NCBI GenBank assembly: GCA_963813705.1
Contig: CAWFAH010000007.1
Coordinates: forward strand, 32,336 to 96,335
DNA length: 64,000 bases
From: an uncultured Chloroflexia bacterium
Lineage (GTDB): Bacteria > Chloroflexota > Limnocylindria > Limnocylindrales > CSP1-4
Direction: 5' to 3'
Each line of letters begins with the position of its first letter. The stretch's first letter is position 1. The position numbers and the translations under genes were made by a program. Under the pieces are notes generated by a model. That model made no database searches, was not told the origin of the DNA, and was given only the letters and a program-made list of their open reading frames with translations. Shown in pieces: positions 1 to 9,272 of this stretch.

Positions 1-358
1 GCCAGGCCAGCTTCTGCACGGCGCCCCAGACGGACACGGCGGTCCGCAGGGCGTCCATCGGGTGGGCATCCCGCGGCAGCGTCCGGAGCGCCACGAGGAC
101 GGGCTCCGGGACCGGCGCCGGGTGGAACTCGACCCCGGGATGCCACTCCCCGGTCCACAGCAGGTCGGCGACCTCGGCGTACGTGCCCCGGGCGACGAGC
201 TGGCCGATCGGATAGCCGCGGTACAGGAGGCGCCCGTTCCGGCCGTCCACGAGGCCGATCGCGCTCTCGGCGCCGACGACGCCCTCCAGGCCGGGCGAGT
301 AGGGCCGCTCGTCGGGCGTTGCGGCCGGAGCGGCGACGGGGGCGGCGAGCTCAGTCAT
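1..358 (-). CDS. citrate synthase / 2-methylcitrate synthase family protein, N-terminal part (runs off window edge)
   Basis: Manual translation from ATG at 358 gives MTELAAP...YSPGLEGVVGAESAIGLVDGRNGRLLYRGYPI...HPMDALRTAVS, with the GLEGV, YRGY and HPM motifs of the family. Start overlaps the upstream stop. Not in the ORF track. Confidence 0.88.
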   Translation of the reverse strand, partial: MTELAAPVAAPAATPDERPYSPGLEGVVGAESAIGLVDGRNGRLLYRGYPIGQLVARGTYAEVADLLWTGEWHPGVEFHPAPVPEPVLVALRTLPRDAHPMDALRTAVSVWGAVQKLAW

Positions 359-1181
359 GGCCAAATGGTAAGTCGGACTCCGTGAAGGCGCGGACCTCGG
401 CGACGAAGCGCTCGGGATGGGTGTGGTGGGCGGCATGCTTCGCGCCCGGAATGATCGCCACGTTCCCGTTCGCCAGGCGGCGGTCGAGGGCCCACGTGCC
501 GTCGCTGAAGACCGGCGTGCTGTCGCCGCCGATGATCTGGAGGACCGGGATCCGGATGTCCGCGTAGCGCTCCGGTCCGGCGTCTTCGGCGGCCTCGGCC
601 CACATCTCCCGCACCACCGTCGGCGCGGCCGCGACGCGCGCCGGCCAGCTCGAGGCGAGGCGATACGCGGCCAGCTCGTCGGGGGTCATCCCGACGACGC
701 TGGCCAGGAAGAACGACAGGAGGCCTTCGCGATCGTCGGCCGCCGCCAGCGCCTCGAGCCGGTCCATCACCCCGGTACCGTGGAACGAGCGGCCGTCGGG
801 GGCCGGCGCGCCCTCGTACACGACGAGCCGGCGCAGATTCGGGCTGAGCCGCGCGGCCCCGAGGCTCACCCGGCCACCGTACGAGTGGCCGACGACGTCG
901 ACCGGGCCGCCCTCGGCCACGGCCAGCGCGTCGACGACCGCCGCGACGTCCTCGTATTCGCGGGCGATCGCGTACGGCGGCGTGTCGCCGCTCTCGCCGC
1001 GCCCGCGCCGGTCGATCGCGTAGAGCGTGTGGCCGGGGGCAAGGAGCGGAGCGACGGTCCGCCACGCCGTGTGGTCGGCGGTCGCGCCGTGGACGAGCAC
1101 CATCGGCGGACCGGTCCCCGAGCGGAACCAGGCGATCGCGGTGCCGTCGGGCGACACGGTCGTGCCGCGCGTCTCAGTCAC
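351..1181 (-). CDS. alpha/beta fold hydrolase
   Basis: C-terminal part of ORF 351..3485. GTG start after GGAGG. Motifs LVHG, DRRGRGES, GHSYGG nucleophile elbow and C-terminal His (AKHAAH). Confidence 0.9.
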   Translation of the reverse strand: MTETRGTTVSPDGTAIAWFRSGTGPPMVLVHGATADHTAWRTVAPLLAPGHTLYAIDRRGRGESGDTPPYAIAREYEDVAAVVDALAVAEGGPVDVVGHSYGGRVSLGAARLSPNLRRLVVYEGAPAPDGRSFHGTGVMDRLEALAAADDREGLLSFFLASVVGMTPDELAAYRLASSWPARVAAAPTVVREMWAEAAEDAGPERYADIRIPVLQIIGGDSTPVFSDGTWALDRRLANGNVAIIPGAKHAAHHTHPERFVAEVRAFTESDLPFGHD

Positions 1182-1318
1182 CGGAGAAGGAACCTCCGCC
1201 GTTCGTGATCGGTGCGCATCGCGGAACAGCCTAGGGGGTCTGTCGGCCGACCGTTCCGCCCGATGGCGGATGGTGGCTCGATCTCCTCGCCCGCCAGTCG
1301 GGCCCGCACCGGCCCGGC

Positions 1319-2263
1319 TCAGGGTTCGAAGGCCACCGCGAGGTATCCGACGGACCGGTCCGCCGGGCCCCCGACGTCGCGCGAGGTCGCCGCGGCGAGC
1401 CGGATCCCGCCGCCGGCGCCCATCGCGGCGAGCGCGGCGAGCCCGAGGACCGCCGGCTCGATCCCGCACATGCCGCAGGCGAGGCCGGGGACGCCGGCGT
1501 CGCGGAGCCCCGCCTCGATCCGGGCCAGACCAGCCGCGTCGAGGGCGGTGATCGACGGGAGCAGTGCCTCCGTCGCCGCGGCGCACTGGTCCGCCGGCGG
1601 GTAGTGGGCCATGTCCGAGCTGATCGCAAGGACGATGCGATCGCCGGCCCGCCGTCGCTCCGCCAGGAGCGCCCCGAGCCGCTGGCCGGCCCGGATGGCG
1701 CGGGATCCGGTCCCCGTGGCAACGGCCAGCGGGACGATCCGGGCCCCCGGTGCGACGAGCTGGACGAACGGCAGCTGGACCTCGATCGAGTGCTCGCCCG
1801 CGTGCGCCAGCCGGTCGACGACGTACGGCGGGCCCAGGTCGACGATCTCCCGGAGCAGGTCCACGTCGACGTCCACGTCGCCGAGCGGCGTGCGCCATGC
1901 CCCGGCCTCCCAGGCGCCGACCCCGTCGAGCCAGCCCGCGGCGTGGTTCGTGCCGAGGAGCACGATCGTTGCGGGTGGGCTGCCCGGCACCGTCCTCCCG
2001 GGCACGGGCGCCGTGCGATGTCGTGATCCGAGACGCCGCCAGGCGGCGGCGGCAACGAGTCCCGAGTAGCTCAACCCGGCATGTGGGACGAGGATCCCGA
2101 GAGGCATGGGGCCGGGCGGAGCGGCTCGATCCGGGCCCGTCGATTCGTCCAGGAGCCGCCCGACGAGCCAGGCGAGCTCGTCCCGCTCCGCCGGATAGAA
2201 GCTTCCGGCGACCGCCGGTCGCCGCACCGGCACCGGAGTCGCCGCCGGGCGCAGGCCCGCCAT
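1319..2263 (-). CDS. amrB: AmmeMemoRadiSam system protein B (MEMO1 family)
   Basis: RRPAVAGSFYP, PHAGLSYSG, EHSIEVQLPF, SSDMAHY, CGIEP and VGYLA motifs. Confidence 0.93.
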   Translation of the reverse strand: MAGLRPAATPVPVRRPAVAGSFYPAERDELAWLVGRLLDESTGPDRAAPPGPMPLGILVPHAGLSYSGLVAAAAWRRLGSRHRTAPVPGRTVPGSPPATIVLLGTNHAAGWLDGVGAWEAGAWRTPLGDVDVDVDLLREIVDLGPPYVVDRLAHAGEHSIEVQLPFVQLVAPGARIVPLAVATGTGSRAIRAGQRLGALLAERRRAGDRIVLAISSDMAHYPPADQCAAATEALLPSITALDAAGLARIEAGLRDAGVPGLACGMCGIEPAVLGLAALAAMGAGGGIRLAAATSRDVGGPADRSVGYLAVAFEP

Positions 2264-2275
2264 CCCGTCGCTCCC

Positions 2276-3367
2276 TCAACCACACCAGGCGCCGGGCGGC
2301 CGGGTCGAGGTTCGCCCGAGCCGGACTCCGGCCAGACGCCGTCCACAGGCCGGACAGCTGCCGTCCTCGGTGAGGTCGGCCCGGACCCGGTAGCCATGCC
2401 GCTCGATCAGTCGCCGCCCGCACCCGGCGCAGGTCGTGTGCTCGAGGCCGAGCTCCGGCGCATTCCCGACGTAGACATGGACCAATCCCGCCTCGCGCCC
2501 CAGGTCGGCCGCCCGGCGGAGCGTCTCGAGCGGCGTCGGCGGAGTGTCCGGCATCCGGTATGCCGGGAAGAAGCGGCTGACGTGCCACGGCGTCTCGACC
2601 CCGAGCTCCTGGACGATCCAGGCGGTCAGGGCCCGGAGCTCGGCCGGGTCGTCGTTGTGGCCCGGCACGATGAGGGTCGTCAGCTCGAGCCAGATGCCGG
2701 CTCGCCGCATCGCCACGATCGCCTCGAGGACGTGGGCGAGTCGTGCTCCGCACAGGCGCCGGTAGAACGTGTCGTCGAAGGCCTTGAGATCGACGTTCGC
2801 CGCGTCGAGCACGGGGGCGAGCAGCGCGATCGCCTCGGGGGTCGCATAGCCGTCGGTGATGAACAGGTTGAGCAGCCCGGCGTCGTGGGCAAGCCGCCCG
2901 GTGTCGAGGGCGTACTCGAGGAAGACCGTCGGCTCGACGTAGGTATAGGCGACCGCACCGGCGCGGTGGCGCAGGGCCGCCTCGACGACGCGTTCGGGCG
3001 GAAGGGGATGGGTCGGGAGCTCGAGGCCCAGCCGCGGCCCCTGGGCGATCTCCCAGTTCTGGCAGAACTGGCAGTGGAATGGGCAGCCGGCCGTCGCGAT
3101 CGAGTAGGCCACGGTGCCGGGTGCGACGTGGAAGAGGGGCTTCTTCTCGATCGGGTCGATCCCGATCGCGACCGCCGCGCCGTAGGCGTGGCAGATGAGG
3201 TGCCCGCCCTCGTTGCGGCGGACGCCGCAGATCCCGCTTCGTCCCGGCCGGACGAGGCAGCGGTGGGCGCACACGCCGCAGCGGACACTGCCGTCGGGCA
3301 GCTCGTCGGCGAGGATCGTCGGCACAACCCCGGCGGGCGGACGCGTGGATACGATCGGGGCGACCAT
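2276..3367 (-). CDS. amrS: AmmeMemoRadiSam system radical SAM enzyme
   Basis: CGVCAHRC...GICGVR, DPIEKKPLFH, radical SAM CPFHCQFCQNW, NVDLK and C-terminal CxxC pairs. GAGGAG RBS upstream. Confidence 0.93.
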   Translation of the reverse strand: MVAPIVSTRPPAGVVPTILADELPDGSVRCGVCAHRCLVRPGRSGICGVRRNEGGHLICHAYGAAVAIGIDPIEKKPLFHVAPGTVAYSIATAGCPFHCQFCQNWEIAQGPRLGLELPTHPLPPERVVEAALRHRAGAVAYTYVEPTVFLEYALDTGRLAHDAGLLNLFITDGYATPEAIALLAPVLDAANVDLKAFDDTFYRRLCGARLAHVLEAIVAMRRAGIWLELTTLIVPGHNDDPAELRALTAWIVQELGVETPWHVSRFFPAYRMPDTPPTPLETLRRAADLGREAGLVHVYVGNAPELGLEHTTCAGCGRRLIERHGYRVRADLTEDGSCPACGRRLAGVRLGRTSTRPPGAWCG

Positions 3368-3504
3368 CACCAGTCTCCTCGACCGAGTGTGGGCCGCCAC
3401 CGCTGGCGGACCCAGTGCCGGCCGGCCCCGATCGTGGGCCCGTTCCGCACTGTCCCGCGAGAGCGTCCGGGGCCACGATCCGCATGGTGCTCCAGGAGCC
3501 GGCG

Positions 3505-4167
3505 ATGCCAACTCGGTTCGCTCCACAGACCCGTTCGATGCCGCCGGCCGGCCCGTCTCCCGTCGCGCCGCCGCCGCAGCACGCCCCCGATCCGGTGACG
3601 ATCCCGTGCGCCGAGCAGGCCGCCCTCCAGCGGCTCGCCCGCGCCGCCCTGGCCGCCGCGACCGGGCTGACGTCGCCGCACGCACTCGGCGCGGCGCTCG
3701 CGTCCGCGGCCGCCTACGACACGCCGGCGGCCGTCTTCGTCACGCTGACCGAGGCGGGTGAGCTGCGTGGCTGCATGGGCAGCCTGGCCGCCGACCGGCC
3801 CATCGCCGAGGCGGTCGTCGACGCCGCCTGCGCGGCCGCTCAGGTGGACCCGCGCTTCCGCCCGCTCGCGGCGCGCGAGCTGCCCTGGGTGCTGATCGAG
3901 ATCTCGGTCCTCGGACCGCCGGTTCCGCTGCGCGCGCCGGCCGACCTTCGACCGGGGGTCGACGGGGTGATCGTCGAGCGCCGTTGGGCCCGCGCGCTCC
4001 TCCTGCCCGAGGTCGCCGAGCAATTCCACTGGGGTGGGCGCGAGATGGTCGAGGCGGCGTGCAGGAAAGCCGGCCTCCCGGCCTCCGCCTGGCGCGATCC
4101 GCAGACCCGGCTGTCCGTCTTCCGAACGGCCCACTTCGAAGGCCCGGCCGTCGAGGCCGCGGCGTAG
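3505..4167 (+). CDS. amrA: AmmeMemoRadiSam system protein A (AMMECR1 domain)
   Basis: FVTL...LRGCMG, DPRF, EISVL, LLPEV and CRKAGL motifs. Start chosen after AGGAG (alternative 3484). Confidence 0.9.
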   Translation: MPTRFAPQTRSMPPAGPSPVAPPPQHAPDPVTIPCAEQAALQRLARAALAAATGLTSPHALGAALASAAAYDTPAAVFVTLTEAGELRGCMGSLAADRPIAEAVVDAACAAAQVDPRFRPLAARELPWVLIEISVLGPPVPLRAPADLRPGVDGVIVERRWARALLLPEVAEQFHWGGREMVEAACRKAGLPASAWRDPQTRLSVFRTAHFEGPAVEAAA

Positions 4168-4197
4168 CCCGGGGCGCGGTTCAGGCGGATCGGGAGG

Positions 4198-5521
4198 TCA
4201 GGGAGCCGTCGCGTCGGTCGGACGCCAGCGGTAGCGGACGTCGGGCTGGTGCTCCTCGTTTCTGGCGCCCTCGTCGTCGAGGTCCACGACCCGGAAGCCG
4301 TGGCGCTCGTAGAACCGGCGAGCCCCCGCGTTCACCTGGAACGTGTACAGGTCGAGCCCGTGCGGGCGCCGCGTCCTGGCCAGCCGGACGAACCGGCTCC
4401 CGAGCCCCATGCCCGTCCGGTCCGGTCGGACGTACAGTTGGTCGAGCATGTCCGGCCCGAGGGCTCATGAACCCGGCGACCGAGCCGTCCGGGTCGACCG
4501 CCAGCCACGTCTCGGACCCGGGCAGCAGCTCGTCGCGGATCCAGCCCCGGACCTCGTCGTCGGTGTGGGCGCGGGGGAAGTCGTAGGTGGCGGCGAACGC
4601 GGCCAGCCAGACGTCGGCCACGGCCGCCGCGTCGGCGGCGCGCGCGGGACGGACGAGCACCCGGCCGGCGGTCGCGTTGCCCGATGCCGGGTCCAGGCCG
4701 GCCGCCGCTGCGGCGTCCAGGATCCAGGTCGCCGACGACCGGCGGGCGAGGACGCCGGGCAGGAGCGCAGGATCCCGCGGACCGTCCAGGATCCGGGCGA
4801 TCATCTCGGCCTTCCCGCTCCCGGTCGCCACGGCCAGGACCCGGACGGCGGCGCGCAGGATCGCCGGGTTGAGCGTGACCCGCTCGACGTGCGGCGCGAC
4901 GTGGACCGGCGCCGGGATCGGCAGCGCGATCCGGTCGCTCGTCAGGGCCGGGCTGCCCGGGAAGACCGACAGGAGATGGCCGTCGGGGCCGATCCCGACG
5001 AACACGAGGTCGAACGACGGCCAGCCATCGACCAGCGGCAGCGCCGCCACGACCTCCGCGGCCAGCGCCGCCGCGCACCAGTCGGCGCCGAGATCGGCCT
5101 CGATCGCCCGGTCGGTCGGGAACGGGTGGACGTTCGCCGCCGGGATCGGCAGCCCGCCCGGGCAGAGCAGGACCTCGTCGACGGGCGCCACGTTCGAGCG
5201 GGGATCGGAGCGCGGCACGAAGCGATCGTCGCCCCACCAGAGGTGGACGCGCGACCAGTCGACGCGCTCGCGGAGGTCCGCTGCCACCAGCCGTCGGTAC
5301 TTCGCCAGCGGCGTCGAGCCGCCGGTCAGCGCGAGGTCGGCGCGGCCGCGCCGCCGGATCGCCTCGTCGGACGCCTCGACAACCCGGACCGCGGACAGGT
5401 CGGCGACCGCCCTGGGATCGGCGGCGGCGATGATCTCGGGCTCCCCGGCCGCGTCGTCGTCGATCGCCGGGAGGACCGGCCGGCCGCCGCGCGGCCCGAG
5501 CTCCCCCGGGGCGTCGCTCAA
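4198..5521 (-). CDS. pgl: 6-phosphogluconolactonase with in-frame C-terminal GNAT acetyltransferase domain (one frameshift near 4462)
   Basis: LALTGGSTP, WGDDRFVP, GIGPDGH..SVFP and ERVTL motifs, then no stop before a GNAT (VRPARAADAAAV...LDQLYVRP...GMGLGS...NAGARRFYERHGF). Extra G in GGG at 4461-4463. Confidence 0.85.
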
Positions 5522-6726
5522 GCCGCCGCACCCGCGTCGTGCGGGGCGGCGACGATCCGGGCCGCCATGCGGATCGCCCCGTCGGCGACCGCGTCCCGAC
5601 CGGGCGACTCGATCGCCTCCGCGAGCAGGTCCATCTCGGTGCTGCGCGGCGCGTGGAACCGCCGGTCGAGGACCTCGACGCCGTCCTGCCAGGCGTGGAC
5701 GAGGACGGTCTCCGCCTCGGCGGTCACGTCGATCCGCAGCTCGGACCCGCGCCGCTCGGCCAGCAGCTCGACCCGCAGGGTCGTCCCGGACGGCATCCCG
5801 CTGAGGACGGGTCGCATGACCACGCTGACGTCGGTGTGGCCGTGGCGGAGCATGGCGGCGTAGCCGCGCCCGGCGAGCGGGGCCAGCGGCCTGTGGACGG
5901 CCATGCCCAGCCGCGACGCGATCCAGGCGGCGTGGTAGAGCGGCTTGACCATGTTCGCGCTGCCCGGCCGGCCGAGCTCGTCGTGCGTCCCATAGGTGAT
6001 CGCGATCCGCCGGATCGAGCGCAGGAACGGCAGGAACTCCGGCAGGTCGAACGTCGAGGCGATCGCTTCGCGCCAGCGCGACTGGCGGACGAGCGCGAAG
6101 TCGAACACGGCGACCTTCCCGCCCTCGACGAGCCGGGCCAGCTCGCGCAGCCGGGCGAGCCCGTCGCCGCTCCAGCTCGACCCGTCGATCACCAGCCGGT
6201 CGGCGTCCTCGAGCAGGTCGTTCGCCTGGGCCGAGCCGAGCGGTGGCTCGCCCGGCCACCAGACCGTGACCGGCAGGTCGTGGACGAGCAGCGGCTCGAC
6301 GATCGCCGCGATGTGCCGGCCGGTGTCGCCGCCCGCGGTGACGTAGATCGTCTCGGCGCAGGTCTCCGCCGCGTCCTCGCGGGGGAGCATGCAGTAGGCG
6401 GTGATCCGGGCGTCGAGCCAGCCGGGTCCGTCGGGGTCGGTCGGCGAGCAGATGAGGGTCCGCGACGGATGGCGGCCGGTGAGCTGCGACATGATCGCGG
6501 CGCAGTGCTCGCCGATCTCGGGCCGGCGGGCGACGACCACGAGGTTCATCACGCTCGTCCGGGCGGCGACGTGGCGACCCTCCTCGCCGTCGACGGTCGT
6601 CATCAGCCTCGGCGAGGCCCAGATCTTCGCCAGCTCGCGCTCGATCCCGTCGATCGTCGTCGCCCGCGACGTCCAGCGGAGCTGTGGCTCGTTCGGCCGG
6701 GGCTCGTCGGTCAGATCCGTCGCCAT
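5518..6726 (-). CDS. opcA: glucose-6-phosphate dehydrogenase assembly protein OpcA
   Basis: RTSVMNLVV, HPSRTL, LLVHDLPVTVWWPG and RLVIDGS motifs. Directly downstream of zwf. Confidence 0.9.
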   Translation of the reverse strand: MATDLTDEPRPNEPQLRWTSRATTIDGIERELAKIWASPRLMTTVDGEEGRHVAARTSVMNLVVVARRPEIGEHCAAIMSQLTGRHPSRTLICSPTDPDGPGWLDARITAYCMLPREDAAETCAETIYVTAGGDTGRHIAAIVEPLLVHDLPVTVWWPGEPPLGSAQANDLLEDADRLVIDGSSWSGDGLARLRELARLVEGGKVAVFDFALVRQSRWREAIASTFDLPEFLPFLRSIRRIAITYGTHDELGRPGSANMVKPLYHAAWIASRLGMAVHRPLAPLAGRGYAAMLRHGHTDVSVVMRPVLSGMPSGTTLRVELLAERRGSELRIDVTAEAETVLVHAWQDGVEVLDRRFHAPRSTEMDLLAEAIESPGRDAVADGAIRMAARIVAAPHDAGAAA

Positions 6727-8363
6727 CGTCGTCCCTCGCGGGCCAGCAGCGCGTCGGCCGCCGCAGGTCCCCACGAGCCGGCCTCGTAGTTCGGGAAGCT
6801 GGGCGCCGGCATGTCGATCCAGGCGTCGATGATCGGGTCGACGATGCTCCACGCCTCCTCGACCTCGTCCGCCCGGGTGAACAGCGACGCATCGCCGAGG
6901 AGGGCGTCGAGGATGAGCGTCTCGTAGGCGTCGGGCGAATCGACGTTGAACGCCGAGCCATAGGTGAAGTCCATGTTCACCGCCCGGACGTCGAGCCCGA
7001 GACCGGGTACCTTGGCCCCGAATCGGAGCAGGATCCCCTCATCGGGCTGGATCCGCAGCGCGAGCAGGTTCGGCTCCGGGTCGACCGAGCTGTCCTTGAA
7101 CAGCCGGTGGGGGACCGGGCGGAACTGGATCGCGATCTCGCTCGCCCGCTTCGGCAGCCGCTTGCCGGTGCGCACGAAGAACGGGACGCCGGCCCAGCGC
7201 CAGTCGTCGATCTCGAGCCGGGCGGCGACGAACGTCTCGGTCTCCGAGTCCGGGTTGACGCTCGGCTCCGCCCGGTAGCCGGCGACCGCCTGGGCGGCGA
7301 CCCAGCCCGGGCCGTACTGGCCGCGCACGACGTCGACCGCGACCTCGTCGGGCGCCAGCGGCGCGATGGCCCGGAGCACCTTGACCTTCTCGTCGCGCAG
7401 CGCGTCGGCCTCGAACGTCGCCGGCGGCTCCATGGCGACCAGCGAGAGCAGCTGCATGAGGTGGTTCTGGAGGACGTCCCGGCTCGCTCCGGTCTCCTCG
7501 TAGAACGCGCCGCGGGTCTCGACCCCGATCGACTCGGCCACGGTGATCTGGACGTGGTCGACGTAGCGGCGATTCCAGAGCGGCTCGAAGATCCCGTTGC
7601 CGAACCGGAAGACGAGCAGGTTGCGGACGGTCTCCTTGCCCAGGTAGTGGTCGATCCGGTAGACCTGCTTCTCGCGGAAGACCTTGAGCACCTCGCGGTT
7701 GAGCCGGATCGCCGAGTCGAGGTCGCGGCCGAACGGCTTCTCGATGACGATCCGGCGCCAGCCGGCGCCGTGGACCTCGTGGTCGAGGCCCGCCCGCCCG
7801 AGCTGCCCGATGACCTCCGCGAAGGCGGACGGCTGGGTCGCCAGGTAGTACAGCCGGTTGCCGCGGGTGCCGTGCTCGTGGTCCATCGTGTCCAGGCGCC
7901 TGGCGAGCCGGTCGAACGCGCCCGGGTCGGCGAAGTCGCCCTCGTGGTAGACGATCCGGGCGAGGAACTCCTTCTTCGGCGCCTCCTCGACCGGGACCCG
8001 CGAGTACAGCCCGAGGGAGGTCGCGATGTCGGCCCGGAAGGTCTCGTCGTCGTACGGCCGGCGACCGACGGCGACGAGCATGAACTCGTGGGGCAGCAGG
8101 TTCGTCCGCCACAGCTGGTAGAGCGCCGGGAAGACCTTCCGATGGGCCAGGTCGCCGGTCGCCCCGAACAGGACGAGGCAGGCCGGATCGGGGACGCGCT
8201 CGAGGCGCAGGCCATCGCGCAGCGGATTGTCGAGCTTCGGCGGCGTGACCTTGCGCTTGCCCGACCGGGCCAGGCGCAGCTCGCGGATCGTCCGCGGGGC
8301 GTCCCTGGCCGGCTTCGCGGCGGGCGCCGCCGTGCCCGGCTTCGGGTCGGCGGTCGTGGTCAC
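6711..8363 (-). CDS. zwf: glucose-6-phosphate 1-dehydrogenase
   Basis: GATGDLA, EKPFG, RIDHYLGKE, DVLQNH and RTGKRL motifs. Confidence 0.97.
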   Translation of the reverse strand: MTTTADPKPGTAAPAAKPARDAPRTIRELRLARSGKRKVTPPKLDNPLRDGLRLERVPDPACLVLFGATGDLAHRKVFPALYQLWRTNLLPHEFMLVAVGRRPYDDETFRADIATSLGLYSRVPVEEAPKKEFLARIVYHEGDFADPGAFDRLARRLDTMDHEHGTRGNRLYYLATQPSAFAEVIGQLGRAGLDHEVHGAGWRRIVIEKPFGRDLDSAIRLNREVLKVFREKQVYRIDHYLGKETVRNLLVFRFGNGIFEPLWNRRYVDHVQITVAESIGVETRGAFYEETGASRDVLQNHLMQLLSLVAMEPPATFEADALRDEKVKVLRAIAPLAPDEVAVDVVRGQYGPGWVAAQAVAGYRAEPSVNPDSETETFVAARLEIDDWRWAGVPFFVRTGKRLPKRASEIAIQFRPVPHRLFKDSSVDPEPNLLALRIQPDEGILLRFGAKVPGLGLDVRAVNMDFTYGSAFNVDSPDAYETLILDALLGDASLFTRADEVEEAWSIVDPIIDAWIDMPAPSFPNYEAGSWGPAAADALLAREGRRWRRI

Positions 8364-8368
8364 GGGGG

Positions 8369-9268
8369 CTACTCGGTCTTGACCGCGTGCCCGCCGAACT
8401 CGTTGCGGAGCGCGGCGAGGACCTTCGCGCCGTACGAGTCGTCCTGGCGCGACCGGAAGCGCGTCTGGAGCGACAGGGTGATGATCGGCGCCGGCACGTC
8501 GTGGTCGATCGCCTCCTGGACGGTCCAGCGACCCTCGCCCGAATCGGCCACCCAGCCCTGCAGGTGGTCGAGCTCCTGGCCGTTGGCGTCGAACGCCCGC
8601 TCCGCGAGCTCGAGCAGCCAGGAGCGGACCACGGAGCCGTGGTTCCAGAGCTTGGAGATCGCCGCGAGGTCGAGCGTGTAGTCGCTCGCGTGCATGATCT
8701 CGAAGCCCTCGGCGTAGGCCTGCATGAGCCCGTACTCGATCCCGTTGTGGACCATCTTCACGTAGTGCCCCGAACCGGGCCCGCCGACGTGGAGGTAGCC
8801 GTCCGCCGGCGCGAGCGAGCGGAAGACCGGCTCGAGCGGACCGACCGCCTCGGCCTCACCGCCGACCATCAGGCAGAAGCCGTTGGCCAGGCCCCAGATG
8901 CCACCCGATACGCCGGCGTCGACGTAGCGGATCCCCTTGGCCGCCAGGGCGGCGTGCCGGCGGACGTCGTCGTGGAAGTTCGTGTTGCCGCCGTCGACGA
9001 TCGTGTCGCCGGGCGCGAGGAGCGCCGTCAGCTCGTCGATCTGGGTCTCGGTGGCGTCGCCGGCGGGGACCATCACCCAGACCGCCCGCGGGGCCTCGAG
9101 CTTGGCGACGAGCTCCTCGAGGCTGAACGACGGGATCGCCCCCTCACCGGCGATCTCGCGGGTCTTCTCGGCCGTGCGGTTGAACGCGACGACCTCGTGG
9201 CCGTCGCGGATGAGCCGGCGGGCCATGTTCGATCCCATCCGGCCGAGACCGATGAACCCGATGCGCAT
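8369..9268 (-). CDS. gnd: decarboxylating 6-phosphogluconate dehydrogenase (short form)
   Basis: GLGRMG, DGGN, VSGG, KMVHNGIEY, DSGEGRW and FGGH motifs. Confidence 0.95.
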   Translation of the reverse strand: MRIGFIGLGRMGSNMARRLIRDGHEVVAFNRTAEKTREIAGEGAIPSFSLEELVAKLEAPRAVWVMVPAGDATETQIDELTALLAPGDTIVDGGNTNFHDDVRRHAALAAKGIRYVDAGVSGGIWGLANGFCLMVGGEAEAVGPLEPVFRSLAPADGYLHVGGPGSGHYVKMVHNGIEYGLMQAYAEGFEIMHASDYTLDLAAISKLWNHGSVVRSWLLELAERAFDANGQELDHLQGWVADSGEGRWTVQEAIDHDVPAPIITLSLQTRFRSRQDDSYGAKVLAALRNEFGGHAVKTE

Positions 9269-9272
9269 GACG

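Noticed and set aside
351-3485. 1044-aa protein from the ORF track
   Set aside because: Only the last ~276 aa are coding. The rest is an Arg/Pro-rich shadow frame over amrB and amrS.
6684-8681. Long antisense ORFs (also 12421-14562, 23602-25650, 37663-39672 and others)
   Set aside because: Expected stop-free antisense frames of high-GC3 genes, with no motifs.
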